Shown piece after piece: positions 27,795 through 40,179 of a DNA stretch of 64,000 nucleotides. Below the pieces are notes generated by a model. That model had not been told where the DNA came from, did no database searches, and saw only the letters and a program-made list of their open reading frames with translations. The stretch spans positions 41,664,001-41,728,000 of the forward strand of contig OX597823.1 in NCBI GenBank assembly GCA_951406725.2. The letters run 5' to 3'. The stretch's first letter is position 1, and each line of letters opens with the position of its first letter. Source of the DNA: Octopus vulgaris (lineage: Eukaryota). The position numbers and the translations under genes were made by a program.

Positions 27795-27795
<1 letters not shown>
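26455..27795 (+). mobile_element. RTE-clade LINE, 5'-truncated (RT C-terminus, repeat-containing 3' UTR, (GAT)n tail)
   Basis: GKLEVANSFHYQG...IADRIGIGWLKSRELL...RVKGRLYDA*MQTAMLHSSETWAVTAEDMHRLERNEASML...RGRPKKTW. In-frame stops; ends aaacgatgatgatgat. Confidence 0.92.
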
Positions 27796-27827
<32 letters not shown>

Positions 27828-27881
27828 CATCAATACATATATATATATATATACATATATAACTCAATGTGTTTGTGTGTA

Positions 27882-27926
<45 letters not shown>

Positions 27927-27978
27927 CCACGCACACACACAAGACCTACATTGTAAATTTAAAATCAACTCTTTATAT

Positions 27979-28061
<83 letters not shown>

Positions 28062-28599
28062 CGCACATACATACTTTTATATATTTACTTACATATATAT
28101 GTGTTTGTGTGTGTGTGTGTATATGTATCTCAAATCGCTCATATAGACATACAGCTGAAACCACAAATTCAAACTTTAAAGATATTGAAATTATCGATTA
28201 AAATTGTTGTTACTTTGAAAAAGAAGCCTAAAAGTACAAAAACAAAAATATCAAATATAGAGTAATATAATTATAAAAAATATTACACTAAAATGAATAG
28301 AAAGATAAGAAAAAAAAGAACATTTTGTTTTTCTAAAAGGTGAAGAGAATTTCATTTAAGATATGGTTCCAGACCACACACTCTCTCTCTCTTTTTCTTT
28401 GCACTCTCTCTCTCACTCTCTCTTGATGCTATCACTGAACTGCTCCTCTTTCTCTCTTTCATGATTTTGATCATAGATATGCTTCTATTTATTGTTATAT
28501 AATGTATAAAAATATCTGTATGCGTATCTCATAACTGTATAGAACTGGTGCACATACACACACACACACACACATATATGGAACGACTGTATATGTGTG

Positions 28600-28815
28600 T
28601 GTATATAAAAATATGGATATTTTATATATGCATATATATATATATATATATATATAAGTATATATATAGATATATGTACATATAAACTTATCTACATATA
28701 TATGTTTGTGTATATATATCTATATGTAATATATATGTATATATATGTGTATATATATGTGTATATATATATATAAGTATATTTATAAATATATGTATGT
28801 ATATAAACATATATG

Positions 28816-28863
<48 letters not shown>

Positions 28864-28897
28864 AATATATATGTATGTATATATCTATCTGTGTATC

Positions 28898-28936
<39 letters not shown>

Positions 28937-29402
28937 AATATATATGTATGTATATATCTATCTGTGTATCTATTTATCTATATATATATATAATACATAT
29001 CACACACACATATATGCAGTGGTGTGTGTGTCTCTTTCTTCACATAGTATGATAGTTGTAATCAAGCTTCACCATCATGCAAATGGTGGTACTCATTTCC
29101 AATCTCCCATGAAAACATGACTTGCCATAGGGAAATGTGAGGAAGTATTACCTTACTCGGAAATATAGGAGGGCTGGAAACAGGAAAGAGAACTAACTGC
29201 AGAAAATCTTCATTGAATTTGATCTGGCTCTTGCATGTAGGCAAATGCCGCCTTCGCAATAACAATATTTTGTGCGCGTGTGTGTCTGTGCGGGTATGTG
29301 TGTGTGTATGATGCTTACATACATGTACACATGCCTATATATATGTATACATACACATACAAAAAAATATATACATATATTCATATATATACATGTGTTT
29401 AC

Positions 29403-29436
<34 letters not shown>

Positions 29437-29885
29437 GCATGTATGTATGTACATATATATACATATATATGTGCACACAGATATTTGTATATATATATAT
29501 ATATATTATGTATATATGTACATATGTATACATGTATGTATGTATATGTATGTATATATATATATATATATACACACATATGTATATAAATGTATATATA
29601 TATGTATATATATACATATGTATAGATATATATATATATGTATAAATATACATATGTATATATATATGTGTGCATGTATATATATATGTATAAATATACA
29701 TATATATATGTATTATACATATGTATAGATATATATATATATGTATAAATATACATATGTATATATATATGTGTGCATGTATATATATATGTATAAATAT
29801 ACATATATATATGTATATATATATATGTGTGTATATGTATATATGTATAAATATACATATGTATATATATGTGTGTATATATATG

Positions 29886-29916
<31 letters not shown>

Positions 29917-29976
29917 ATATACATATTGTTTTATATATATCTTCATATATATATGTGTGTGTGTGTTTGTGTGTGA

Positions 29977-30014
<38 letters not shown>

Positions 30015-30020
30015 GTATAT
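28600..30020. repeat. Compound (TA)/(TG)/(TACA) microsatellite field with an embedded SINE tail (about 29020-29270)
   Basis: Direct reading of the sequence. Source of the Y/I/H/T-rich ORFs. Confidence 0.95.
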
Positions 30021-30201
30021 ATAGCTATATATTGTTTTTCTGTAGTTCCAGCTCAGAGCTGCAGCCATGCTGATACACCGCTGTTTTGCTACACTGTTAT
30101 TACTGAGAGCCTCCTCCAATATGCGGCATTTGGTGACAAATGAAGTTTGATGTACCTCTTGATGTACCTCACTTGTACCTCTTGGTTCATCTGAGACTCT
30201 T

Positions 30202-30556
30202 ATAATAATAATAATAATAATAATTGTGTACAGTGCTCAGGTGCACTACAACTCATCTAAAGTGTATATATAATCAGGTGTAGTTTCGGCGGATTTCGGA
30301 AAGCATGAGGGCCTTAAAGGATGCAGTGTCATGGCAGTCAACAACTGACGCAGGCAGTTTATTCCATGCTTCAGCAACTCTGAGCGTGAAAAAATGTTTC
30401 CGAAAGTCATGGGAGCTGTGTTGTTTTCTGACTTTGTAGGCATGTCCACGTGTGTTAGACACATGGAGATCAAAAAGGTGTTCAGTGTTGTTATTGGTGA
30501 GGTGGTTGATAACCTTGTGGGTGTCTACCAAGTCCGTCGCCAGACGCCGGAGCTTC
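30202..30556 (-). mobile_element. CR1/L2-type LINE 3' end, 5'-truncated
   Basis: Open frame LRRLATDLVDTHKVINH...NTRGHAYKVRKQHSSHDFRKHFFTLRVAEAWNKLPASVV...SFK has the TRGH and FFxxRVxxxWNxLP ORF2 C-terminal motifs. The tail is the (taa)n run at about 30202-30223. Confidence 0.88.
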
Positions 30557-30778
30557 TTGACAGGGAAAAGTCCAGCTTTGATTTTAAAATGCCTACTTTT
30601 ACATTGTGCAGGTTCCTCAGGCTTTTTGAGAAAATATTAAAAAGCTGTGGGCCCCTGAAACCCATCCTCTTACAGTAACTGGTCCTGTAGTGCGATGGCA
30701 ATGCTGGGATATATGGCACTATGTTTTGTCATCCCATTCTGGCATTGGTGTACCTTTCAAATGCCAAACTTTGGCACA
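30557..30778 (-). mobile_element. Second non-LTR retrotransposon ORF2 C-terminal fragment (host of the previous insertion)
   Basis: ...SHYRTSYCKRMGFRGPQLFNIFSKSLRNLHNVKVGILKSKLDFSLS (GPxLFNxLP and KxxLD-like motifs). The frame appears to resume left of the insertion (RVSDEPR, about 30180-30200). Confidence 0.7.
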
Positions 30779-30789
30779 ATTCCTTCTAT

Positions 30790-30975
30790 GTATGTGTGTG
30801 AACAAGCTAGAAAACACAACAATCAAAGGTTGTGGAATAAGTACAGTGGTATTGGACGCTCAGGAAAAGAAAGAAAATATAGTGAATTTCACGTTTTGAG
30901 CGGAACTCTTAATAAGAAATATAGAAAAATTCTAAAGAATGGAAGATGGAGAAAGATACACACACGGTCTCATGT
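30790..30975 (-). mobile_element. PLE-like terminal repeat (family of 34315-34530)
   Basis: Reverse complement aligns to 34320-34520 (attggacgctcaggaaa, acgttttgagcgga). The hammerhead core is decayed. Confidence 0.7.
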
Positions 30976-31020
30976 ATGTATATATGTATATTTTGATAGA
31001 TTTATATAAGCATGTGTGTG

Positions 31021-31069
<49 letters not shown>

Positions 31070-31080
31070 TTATATATATT

Positions 31081-31133
<53 letters not shown>

Positions 31134-31299
31134 AAAGTCAGAATGCGATAAAATAAAATTAATTATTATCGCTGGTGTTTCTAGCACAGGCCATATATTA
31201 TTCATATATAAGTACATTAAGCGGCGAAGTATATATATATATATACATATTTATATATATTTGTATATATAGATATATATATATATATATATATATACA

Positions 31300-31332
<33 letters not shown>

Positions 31333-31828
31333 GTTGAGCAGGAGGGAGACACGCACACACACTGAACCCATACATGCATATATATGATTGATATTTATTG
31401 TTCAAAATTTCCGTTAAAAAACGAAAAGATATTTTCTGGTGAAAAAAATTAGTCTATTATGATAGTGAAAATAAAAACTGTTTACTCTTTCAGGACTAGG
31501 AATATTGCTTTTTAAACACTTGAATTTATATTAGTGAAACAATTTTGTTTTTAAATTTTCTCTGTTTTTCAACAGTTATGAAAAGATAGTTATATTAAGT
31601 TTGTAATACCACAATATAACCAGGGTACTCTGTTGACATTTGCATGATATTGAAGACTAAATCCACAGATTCACGTAGATATGTGTATGCATACTATGTA
31701 GATATGGATGTGTGTGTGTGTGTGTGTGTACATATGTGTGTGTGTGTATAAATACAGACAGACATGCACACTCAGCAGAATTACGTATCTATGTATTTAA
31801 TTACATATTATCAAGTACATATGTGAGC

Positions 31829-31871
<43 letters not shown>

Positions 31872-31908
31872 ACAAACACATATATACATATATGTACAGA
31901 CATATATG

Positions 31909-31958
<50 letters not shown>

Positions 31959-32003
31959 TATATGCACATATACGTAAATGTGTGTGTGTTTGTGTATATA
32001 TAG

Positions 32004-32048
<45 letters not shown>

Positions 32049-32141
32049 ATATATATATATACACAAATATATATAATGTGCAGAAAAATGTGTGAGTGTA
32101 CATAAGAATATTTATATAAATGTGAATATGCCTATATACAT

Positions 32142-32186
<45 letters not shown>

Positions 32187-32597
32187 ATAGAGCAATGTAA
32201 GTATATGTGTATGTATGTCTCACTATAAATAAATACACACACACATAAACACATATACATACATGCACATAATCACAGATATATTGTTTTTCTGCACGTT
32301 GTGCAGCATGATATCATGCTTAGAATTTACTTTCTTATTAGATAACACAAGTGATTGATCAAAGTTATTGCTGCATGAATTTCCCAAGAAAAATCTCGAA
32401 TTGCTTGCAAAGCTGACAAGATAAAGAGTAATGTGTATATTCATTTCAGTATCTTTGATGTCCAGGATTATTTTGAAGGGGAAAACATTAGTCAATAGAT
32501 ATTCATATCAGCTTTTGGATTTGTATTTCATTGATTTCAGATATCGCTTTAGTGCTTTACGTACTAACATTTACCGGTTCTATGTATATTGAGGAGG

Positions 32598-32610
32598 AAT
32601 AATAATAACG

Positions 32611-32676
<66 letters not shown>

Positions 32677-32690
32677 TCATCATCCTCATC

Positions 32691-32757
<67 letters not shown>
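32598..32757. repeat. (AAT)n followed by (ATT)n inverted microsatellite
   Basis: (AAT)n at about 32598-32675, a ~17-nt spacer, then (ATT)n at about 32693-32757. Confidence 0.95.
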
Positions 32758-32758
<1 letters not shown>

Positions 32759-32880
32759 GTGTTTTTGTTTAATGGTAATATTCAAACACACACACAGACA
32801 CACGTTTGTGTCTAATTGTGTATAACTGAATTAAACTTTTTCACATAATACATTTATACATTCTTACATATACACTTGTA

Positions 32881-32915
<35 letters not shown>

Positions 32916-33046
32916 TAGCATTACTATATATGTGTATGCATGTATATATGTATTATATATATTTTGTATATGTGTGTGTGTGTATACATGCATATATGTT
33001 GAAGGAGAAAGCGATATGCACACACTTACACATATATGTGTATATG

Positions 33047-33116
<70 letters not shown>

Positions 33117-33667
33117 ATTTATATAGATGTGTACATGAACATATGTTTATATGTGTGTAATCTGGAAAAATTTCAATATGAAAATAAAGTGAGTTATCAG
33201 ATAGTAATTGAGGAATATGCTATATAAAGAAATAAGTGTAATAGGTGAGGAAGTGGATACTACACCTGCAAAGTCAAATATTCCAGGAAAAAGTAGAATA
33301 TAAGGCCAAGATTGTAAATTTAAAGTCAATTTTTTTCTTTCTTATGCTAAAATCCAAGACATTTAATTGAATGGCCCCCATCTACCTACCATTATGCATA
33401 TAATTAAATCTTCTCTCATCTGAAAGTCAAAATATCTCACCATTCTTTCTTTTTCCATCAATGCCTTGTATCCTAATTTATGTCCTGAAAATTTGATGAG
33501 CATACATAGAATCCACACTCCCCAACTCTAATTTATTTATCACTAATTTTTTAAAAATTCTTTGTTCCTGCCAGTGCCTCTAACACCCTTACTTCGTCTA
33601 TTTTATTGTACATGTTAACAAATCATACTTGCTGACCTAATTATACAGAATTCCTCCTGGCTCTGTC

Positions 33668-33724
<57 letters not shown>

Positions 33725-33727
<3 letters not shown>

Positions 33728-34240
33728 GTCACTAAATATGACTAAGGTGTTAGAAATACCTACATTGCTAGAAATAAGAGCTAAAATGCTATAATGCTGT
33801 AAGTCAAATCACATAGTTTGCATACATATATACTGATAGAGACTGTAATAATCCGAAAACACAGTTTGAGAATTCCTTATACTGGCAGTCAGTTTCAGCA
33901 ATTTCCATTGCCTCATCAGTAAGGACTAGCTTGACTTGAGTAGATTCTGGACTTAATTCTCTATCAGTATATATGTCTTCATCATAGAAACCTGTGATGC
34001 TAATGTGTATACAGAAAATTAATGAAGGCAGCACTTCGCAAAGTTTAACCAAAAAGGAAAACTATAATCATCACTAAATGTCACTCGGGACAGTTACCAT
34101 TCCCGCCAGTATATATATGTATGCAATTGTGTGCTTTGATTGCAGCATTAGAGCATTTTAGCTCTTATCTCTAGCAATGTAGGTGCTTCTAACACCCTAG
34201 TCACATTTAGTGACGATTAGAGTTTTCCTTTTTGGTAAAA
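33725..34240. mobile_element. Non-autonomous element with nested inverted repeats enclosing a hammerhead ribozyme
   Basis: Outer IR about 33725-33855 / 34085-34217; perfect 19-bp IR 33824-33842 / 33958-33976; third IR about 34047-34088 / 34196-34238. Confidence 0.8.
33874..33925 (-). ncRNA. Type I hammerhead ribozyme with intact core
   Basis: Minus strand: uccuua CUGAUGA ggcaau-ggaa-auugcu GAAA cug-acugc-cag UA uaagga. Stem I 6 bp, stem II 6 bp (G-U at base), stem III 4 bp. GUA cleavage triplet at 33882-33880. Confidence 0.8.
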
Positions 34241-34314
34241 TATTTCAAACTGCAGTCCACATTAATTTATATATATGTAGGTATGTATGTGTATATATAT
34301 ATATATATATACAT

Positions 34315-34530
34315 TCAAAATGTGACCGCATGTGGACTGTTGGGAATTTTTTTTTTCCTCCGTCTTCCCTTCTTTGGATCTTTCCCTTTCCTATGTTTCT
34401 GACGAAGAGCTCCGCTCAAAACGTTAAACTCTCCTTCTTTCCTTCTTTCCTGAGCGTCCAATAATACTATACTTGTTCCATGTCCTCGCGTTGTTGTGTT
34501 TTCTCTTTGTGTTTTCATGTTTGGATTAAC
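34315..34530 (+). mobile_element. PLE-like terminal repeat with minimal hammerhead motif (34395-34429)
   Basis: gttt CTGACGA a gagc tcc gctc AAAA cg TT aaac, with one core change (G12 to A). Flanked by (TA)n on both sides. Confidence 0.7.
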
Positions 34531-34534
34531 TATA

Positions 34535-34589
<55 letters not shown>

Positions 34590-35302
34590 ATATGTATGTA
34601 TGTATATGTATATATGTATGTATATATATGTATGTAAATATATATATATGTAAATATATGTATATATATATATATATATATAAATGTAAGTGTATATATG
34701 TATATATGCTCCTTTAGTGAACCAGGCTACAAACCCTGTAGTAAACCATTACATATAGAAAAAGTATCATCTATAGTTCTATGCAGTTAAAATCCAGTAA
34801 AATTATTTATTATATAGTAAAATAAGTAATTTTCCATGATGTTGCTGCAAAATAACTATAATCTTATAGCTATCAACTGGTGAAATAATATATTCATCTC
34901 GTACTTCCTGACTTTCTTTATATTCCATGTGTGTGTGTGTGTGTGAGTGTGCATGTGTATCCAGTACAGGTAAAATGAACAAAAATGTATTTGATCCTGT
35001 GAGAAATAAATATCAATTTAACACAGAAGTGAAAGAGCTAACGGTTTCATACTTTATGATACTTTTAACTTGGCGATACATAGCATATTTAATAAACATG
35101 CCGAGTATCATAAAAGCATGAAACTATTAATAGCTCCTTCTGTTGTGCATTAAATTGATATGTATGTATATATATATATATAGATATATATATATACACA
35201 TGCTTTATGATTTTACTCAGGCTTAGTGTTACTAGTAACCAGTTGTTAGAAGTTGACATGCGTATGATTTAGTATAAAATATTAGGTGAGTTTAGAGAAA
35301 GA

Positions 35303-35557
35303 TATTAATTATTGAATTGCAAGAGAATGGTAATTGTATAATCATTTTCATTAGCTTACAGCTGTTTCTGTCATGAGAAGCTCTGTACTCAGAGCTGAAT
35401 GCTTCTGCAATGTCATATAACTTTATTTTAATGGTTTTGTGGAAGCTACGATATGTTATACAAGCACTCAGCTCTCAAAGCTTCTCATAGTGGAAACAGG
35501 TGTAAGCTAATGATATTGACTACATAATTACCATTCTCTTGTCATTCACTAATTAAT
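35303..35557. mobile_element. Hairpin element (~100-bp inverted arms), PLE-derived or MITE
   Basis: caagagaatggtaatt...tcattagcttacagctgtttc...atgagaagct pairs with agcttctcat...gaaacaggtgtaagctaatga...aattaccattctcttg. Confidence 0.8.
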
Positions 35558-35621
35558 GTATGTATTAATAGATACACAAACACACACACACACACGTACA
35601 CACATATATATATATACATAT

Positions 35622-36112
35622 ATCTAGTATATGTAAATCGCAGTATGTGTATATAATGACTAATGCATATATTTCTACAGTTCTCAACCGATTTTCTCTA
35701 AACTATACACACACATTAGTTATATCCCAGAACTCCTGTGTAAATGGATGTAAACTGACGTAGTTTTTTTGTATGTAGGGTCTTCCATACTTTTTTAATC
35801 TGTTTATAAAATTGAAAGGACTTTGTCTATTTATTTACTTCGACTGTCCACTTGCACAGTGGCCCAATCAGGAAACAGGATTTGGAAGCTGTCATTTTGT
35901 TTTCATGTGATTTAATGTTTATGTTAATTTAAAAGATTTCGACAAAAAATCCTGTCTAGCTGTTATTTTTAGCACAACACGTGTTATGTCTCCAGTAATT
36001 TTCTTTCATGTAAATATATGTTTATGTTAATTTAAAAGATTTTCCACATTCGTTGTATGTACATAGTTTTTTTTTTTTGTATGTAGTGTCTTCCATACTT
36101 TTTAAATCTATA
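35622..36112 (+). mobile_element. Helitron/Helentron-like non-autonomous repeat with internal duplications
   Basis: Starts atctagtatat and contains ttctcaaccgattttctctaaactatacacacacatt (recalled as Helentron-like). Duplicated blocks at 35761-35800 / 36064-36108 and 35915-35939 / 36018-36042. Confidence 0.4.
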
Positions 36113-36229
36113 TTGTCATATATTGGCATTAGAGAATATTTTTGACAGTAATCAAATTAACTAGGAACACTGTACCCAATGAATATCCAATACCTATCAT
36201 TCTTAATCTCCATGTTTGAGCTGCATTAA

Positions 36230-36700
36230 ACTTTGGCAAGCTTACCTTTACCTATTCTGAGTTACTTGAAAGGTGATGTTCCATTTCCTCTCTTCTATTT
36301 GTTAATACCTTTGTTTACCTACCAATGCATTGTTTCACTTTAAGGATGATTATTTACCCATCTATTATGATATTTTGGCTGTTGTCCATCGTTTCAAATA
36401 CGTTTTAGCATTGAGGTTCTAGCCCTTTTTTAAACAATCGCATATGATTCGTCCCAAAGAATCAACCTTTAAATAGATATGGTTTAAAACCTATTGCAAC
36501 AGAGGTAGAGCCAGGTTTCCACAGTTCAATGATAGTGAGTAATACCAGTGTGTATCAAAGGGTTTGTTATAGAAGATGCTAGATTTCATTAGGTCCTCCT
36601 AAACTGTTATCATGCATGCCAGAAAATCTCTGATTTCTTCAAGGGATCTACTAGATAATTTGTCCAAAATATTATAGTTTTCACCATCTAACCATCATTA
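36230..36700 (+). mobile_element. Heavily decayed Penelope-like reverse transcriptase remnant
   Basis: Ordered motif remnants FHFKD, YYDILAV (YxDD-like), PFLN, IWF-KPIAT and KGFV across frameshifts. Confidence 0.35.
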
Positions 36701-37588
36701 TTAACTTTCATTCTACACCCACAGTCTTTTAATAACAAAAACAGAAAAAAAATCAGAACTTGATATACATCATCATCATCATCATTGCTTTAATCTTTGC
36801 TATTCCATGTTTGCATGGGATGGACAGTTTTTTTCCAACCTTTACCCATTTCCATGTAAGGTAATATGTCCCCAAGCCAGACATGTTTCCATGGATGATT
36901 GGAAAAGTAGAACATGATGGTATTGCTTGTTTACAACTATCACGTGATGCCTAGACAAGAAGACACACATGCCTGTACGCATAAATCTATGACATATAAA
37001 GTTATTTATAGTTTAATACTTCACTCTGCCTTGCCCCCCTCTCTCCACTTTCTTTCTCTCTCTCTCTCTCTCTCTCTTCCTCTCAGTTGTTCCATAAAAT
37101 TATTCAAATTGAAAATGTAGCTCATAGTGAAACTAAAATTATTCAAAATAAAACCAGGACTGGTAGTGAATAAATATCACGAACAAACAAATAAAGACAC
37201 AACTTCTTTTTAATCTTTTCACTCAAATCTTGGATATTCTATTCTAAACAAATTCTCTGGAAAACAGGCCATGTATAAAAGAAGAGATTAGTAGCAGGCC
37301 AGAAAAAAACCAGTTTCACAGATAACTATCACACGTTTTTTGACAGCCATTATCAATGAGATGGAAAAGTCAAGCTTAGGGGCAACTTTTTTTTCTTTGT
37401 TCTATTTTTGAGAATGAGGTCTGTAGCTGATTCCATATATTAAAAAATACTCACTGCATCATTTTTTTACATTGGTCTGTAATGGTAGTAGTAGTAGTAG
37501 TAGTAGTAATGATGGCGATGACGATATTGTTTTCATAATAAAAATTATTATTATTGTTGTTGTTGTTATTGTTATTATTATTATCATT

Positions 37589-37794
37589 AAGGTGGTGGAC
37601 TGGCAGAATTGTTTGTACGACAAAATGTTTAGTGGTATTTCATCTGTATTTACATTCTGAGTTCAAATTCGGCCAAGGTCAACTTTGCCTTTCATCCTTT
37701 TGGGATCAATGAAATAAATATCAATTGAGCACCGGGGTCGATGTAATCAACTAACAGCCTGTCCCCAAATTTCAGGCCTAATAGAAAAGTTGTA

Positions 37795-37866
<72 letters not shown>

Positions 37867-38990
37867 CATCAGCATCATCATTATTAAGGTGGTGAGTTGG
37901 CAGAAGCGTTAGCACGCCGGGCGAAATGCTTTGCAGTATTTCGTCTGCCGTTACGTTGTGAGTTCAAATTCCGCCGAGGTCGACTTTGCCTTTCATCCTT
38001 TCGGGGTCGATAAATTAAGCACCAGTTACACACTGGGGTCGATGTAATCGACTTAATACCTATGTCTGTCCTTGTTTGTCCCCTCTATGTTTAGCCTCTT
38101 GTGGGTAATAAAGAAATAGGTATTTCGTCTGTCTTCACATTCTGAGTTCAAATTCCACCTAGGTCAACTTTACCTTTCATACTTTCGGAGTCAATAAATT
38201 AAATAGCTGTGAAACACTTGGGGTCGTTGTAATCAACTAGTCTCCTCCCCTATAATTTCAGGCATTGTGCCTATAGTAGAAAAGATTATTATTATTATCA
38301 TCATAGAAATTCTTCCAAGATTGACTTTGCCTTTCATCCTTTCAGGATAAAATAAGTACCAGCTGATTCATTCAACTTCCCCTTCCAAAAACTCGCTGGC
38401 CTTGTGTCAAATATCGAAACCATTATTATTATTGCTAAGGTGTTGGATTAGCAGAACTGATAAAGTAGTGAACATCATTATCATCATCATTTAACATCTG
38501 CTTTCTATTGGCATAGATTGCATGGTTTGACAGGGAACTGGTGTGTTGCAGAGTGCATGAAGGTCCAATATCATTTATGGCTGGATGCCATTCCTAATAC
38601 CAGTCACTTTGCAGAGTAGTTTTTCTAGTTCTTAAAACCTTGAGTTCAAATCCTGCCTAGGTCACCTCTGTCTCTTTTTCTCCCTAGGGTCAGCAAAATA
38701 CTTACCTGTCAAATACTGAGGTCAGTGTTGTCAGTGAAAAACCTTCCCTTTAGATTTGCTGGCCCTGTAATAAGAAATAAGAATCAATTTAAGGATAGTA
38801 GATTGACAGAATCTGCAGAGCATGGAACAAAATGCCTTGTAATATTTCTCTTGACTCTTTATGTTCTGAGTTCAAATCTCACTCAAGTAGACTTTGTTTT
38901 ACATTTTTGATAAAATGAAGTACCAAATACTGGCAGATGGAGTGGGAAGATAACTGATATAAAGTAACCTCCCATCAAAATTGCTGATCG
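37589..38990 (+). mobile_element. Array of about 6-7 SINE family A copies and fragments, including a young full-length copy at 37887-38118
   Basis: Young copy aaggtggtgagttggcagaagcgttagcacgccgggcgaaatgc...gagttcaaattccgccgaggtcgactttgcctttcatcctttcggggtcgataaattaagcaccag...aataaagaaata. Other copies are separated by (ATT)n. Confidence 0.9.
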
Positions 38991-39925
38991 TCATCGTTTA
39001 ACATCCATTTTCCAGGCTGACATGAGTTGGATGGTTTGACTGAGGTCTGTAAAGCCAGTGGCTGCACCAGACTACAGTCTGATCTGGCAATGTTTCTACA
39101 ACTGGATGTCCTTCCTAATGCCAACCACTCTGAGAGTGTAGTGGGCGCTTTTTACATGCCACCAGAACAGGATCCAGTTGGGTGACCCTGGCATTGATCA
39201 TGTTTGGATAGTGCTTTTTACGTGTCACCGGCACAGGAGCCAGTTGGAGGGCACTGGCACTGACTACGTTCAGATAGTGTATTTTACATGCCACCAGCAT
39301 GGGAGCCAGTCAGAGGGCAATGGCCACAGCTACGATTTTAGTTTTATTTGACTCAACAGGTCTTCTCATGTATATCATAGTGCCTAATGCATCAAGGGTA
39401 GTCTTAAATGGGCCAGACATGCAGCACTGGCATTGGCCATGGTTATGATCTCATTTTAGTGTCCAGGTCTTCTCAGTCACAGCATATCTCCAAAGGTCTC
39501 ATTCTGTCATTGTCTCTGTGAGGCCCAACATTCACCACATCATCCCATGTCTTCTTAGGTTTACCTCTTCCACAGGTTCCTTCCAAAGTTAGTAGTACTT
39601 CCTCACACAGCTGGCCTCATCCATACATAACATGTGACCATACCGGTGCAGTTGTCTCTCTTGCACACCACATTGGATGCTTCTTATGTCCACTCTGTCG
39701 TGTATGCATACTGACATTACAGATCCAGCAGATCATACTAGCTTCATTTCTTTCAAGCCTATGCAGGTCCTCAGCAATCATGGCCCATGTTTCACTGTCA
39801 TGTAGCATGGCAGTTCACACACATGCATCATACAGCCTACTTTTCATCATGAGTGAGAGGCCTTTAGTTGCCTGCGGAGGTAGGAGCTCTCTGAACTTTG
39901 CTAAGGCTATTCTTATTCTAGCCAC
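38989..39925 (-). mobile_element. RTE-clade LINE remnant
   Basis: ARIRIALAKFRELLP...RLYDACV*TAMLHDSETWAMIAEDLHRLERNEASMICWICNVS...RGKPKKTWD, with the same 3' UTR as 26455-27795. Confidence 0.92.
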
Positions 39926-39949
39926 TACACTATTGTATTTAAATTAGTT

Positions 39950-40140
39950 TCAAATTTTGGCACAAGGCCAGAAGATGTTGGGAAGGGAGTAAGTCAATTT
40001 CATTAAACCCAGTGCTCAACTGGTACTTATCTTATCGACCCTGAAAACACGAAGGGCTAAAGTTGAGCTCAGGAGCATTTGAACTCAGACATAAGATGGA
40101 TGAAAGGCAGCTAAGTACTTTGCCAGATATGATTTTGCCT
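39950..40140 (-). mobile_element. SINE family A
   Basis: aaattttggcacaaggcc...cccagtgctcaactggtacttatcttatcgacc...tttgaactcaga. Confidence 0.75.
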
Positions 40141-40179
40141 TGCCTTGTGCTTAAATCAGAAACAATTATTAACAGAAGC

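Noticed and set aside
28745-30143. Many overlapping 80-243 aa Y/I/H/T/C/V-rich ORFs (also near 17.9, 19.3, 31.8, 33.0 and 41.8 kb)
   Set aside because: Dinucleotide repeats lack stop codons, so they are open in several frames on both strands.
37887-37980. tRNA gene
   Set aside because: A/B-box-like motifs are present but there is no closed cloverleaf. It is the head of a multi-copy SINE.
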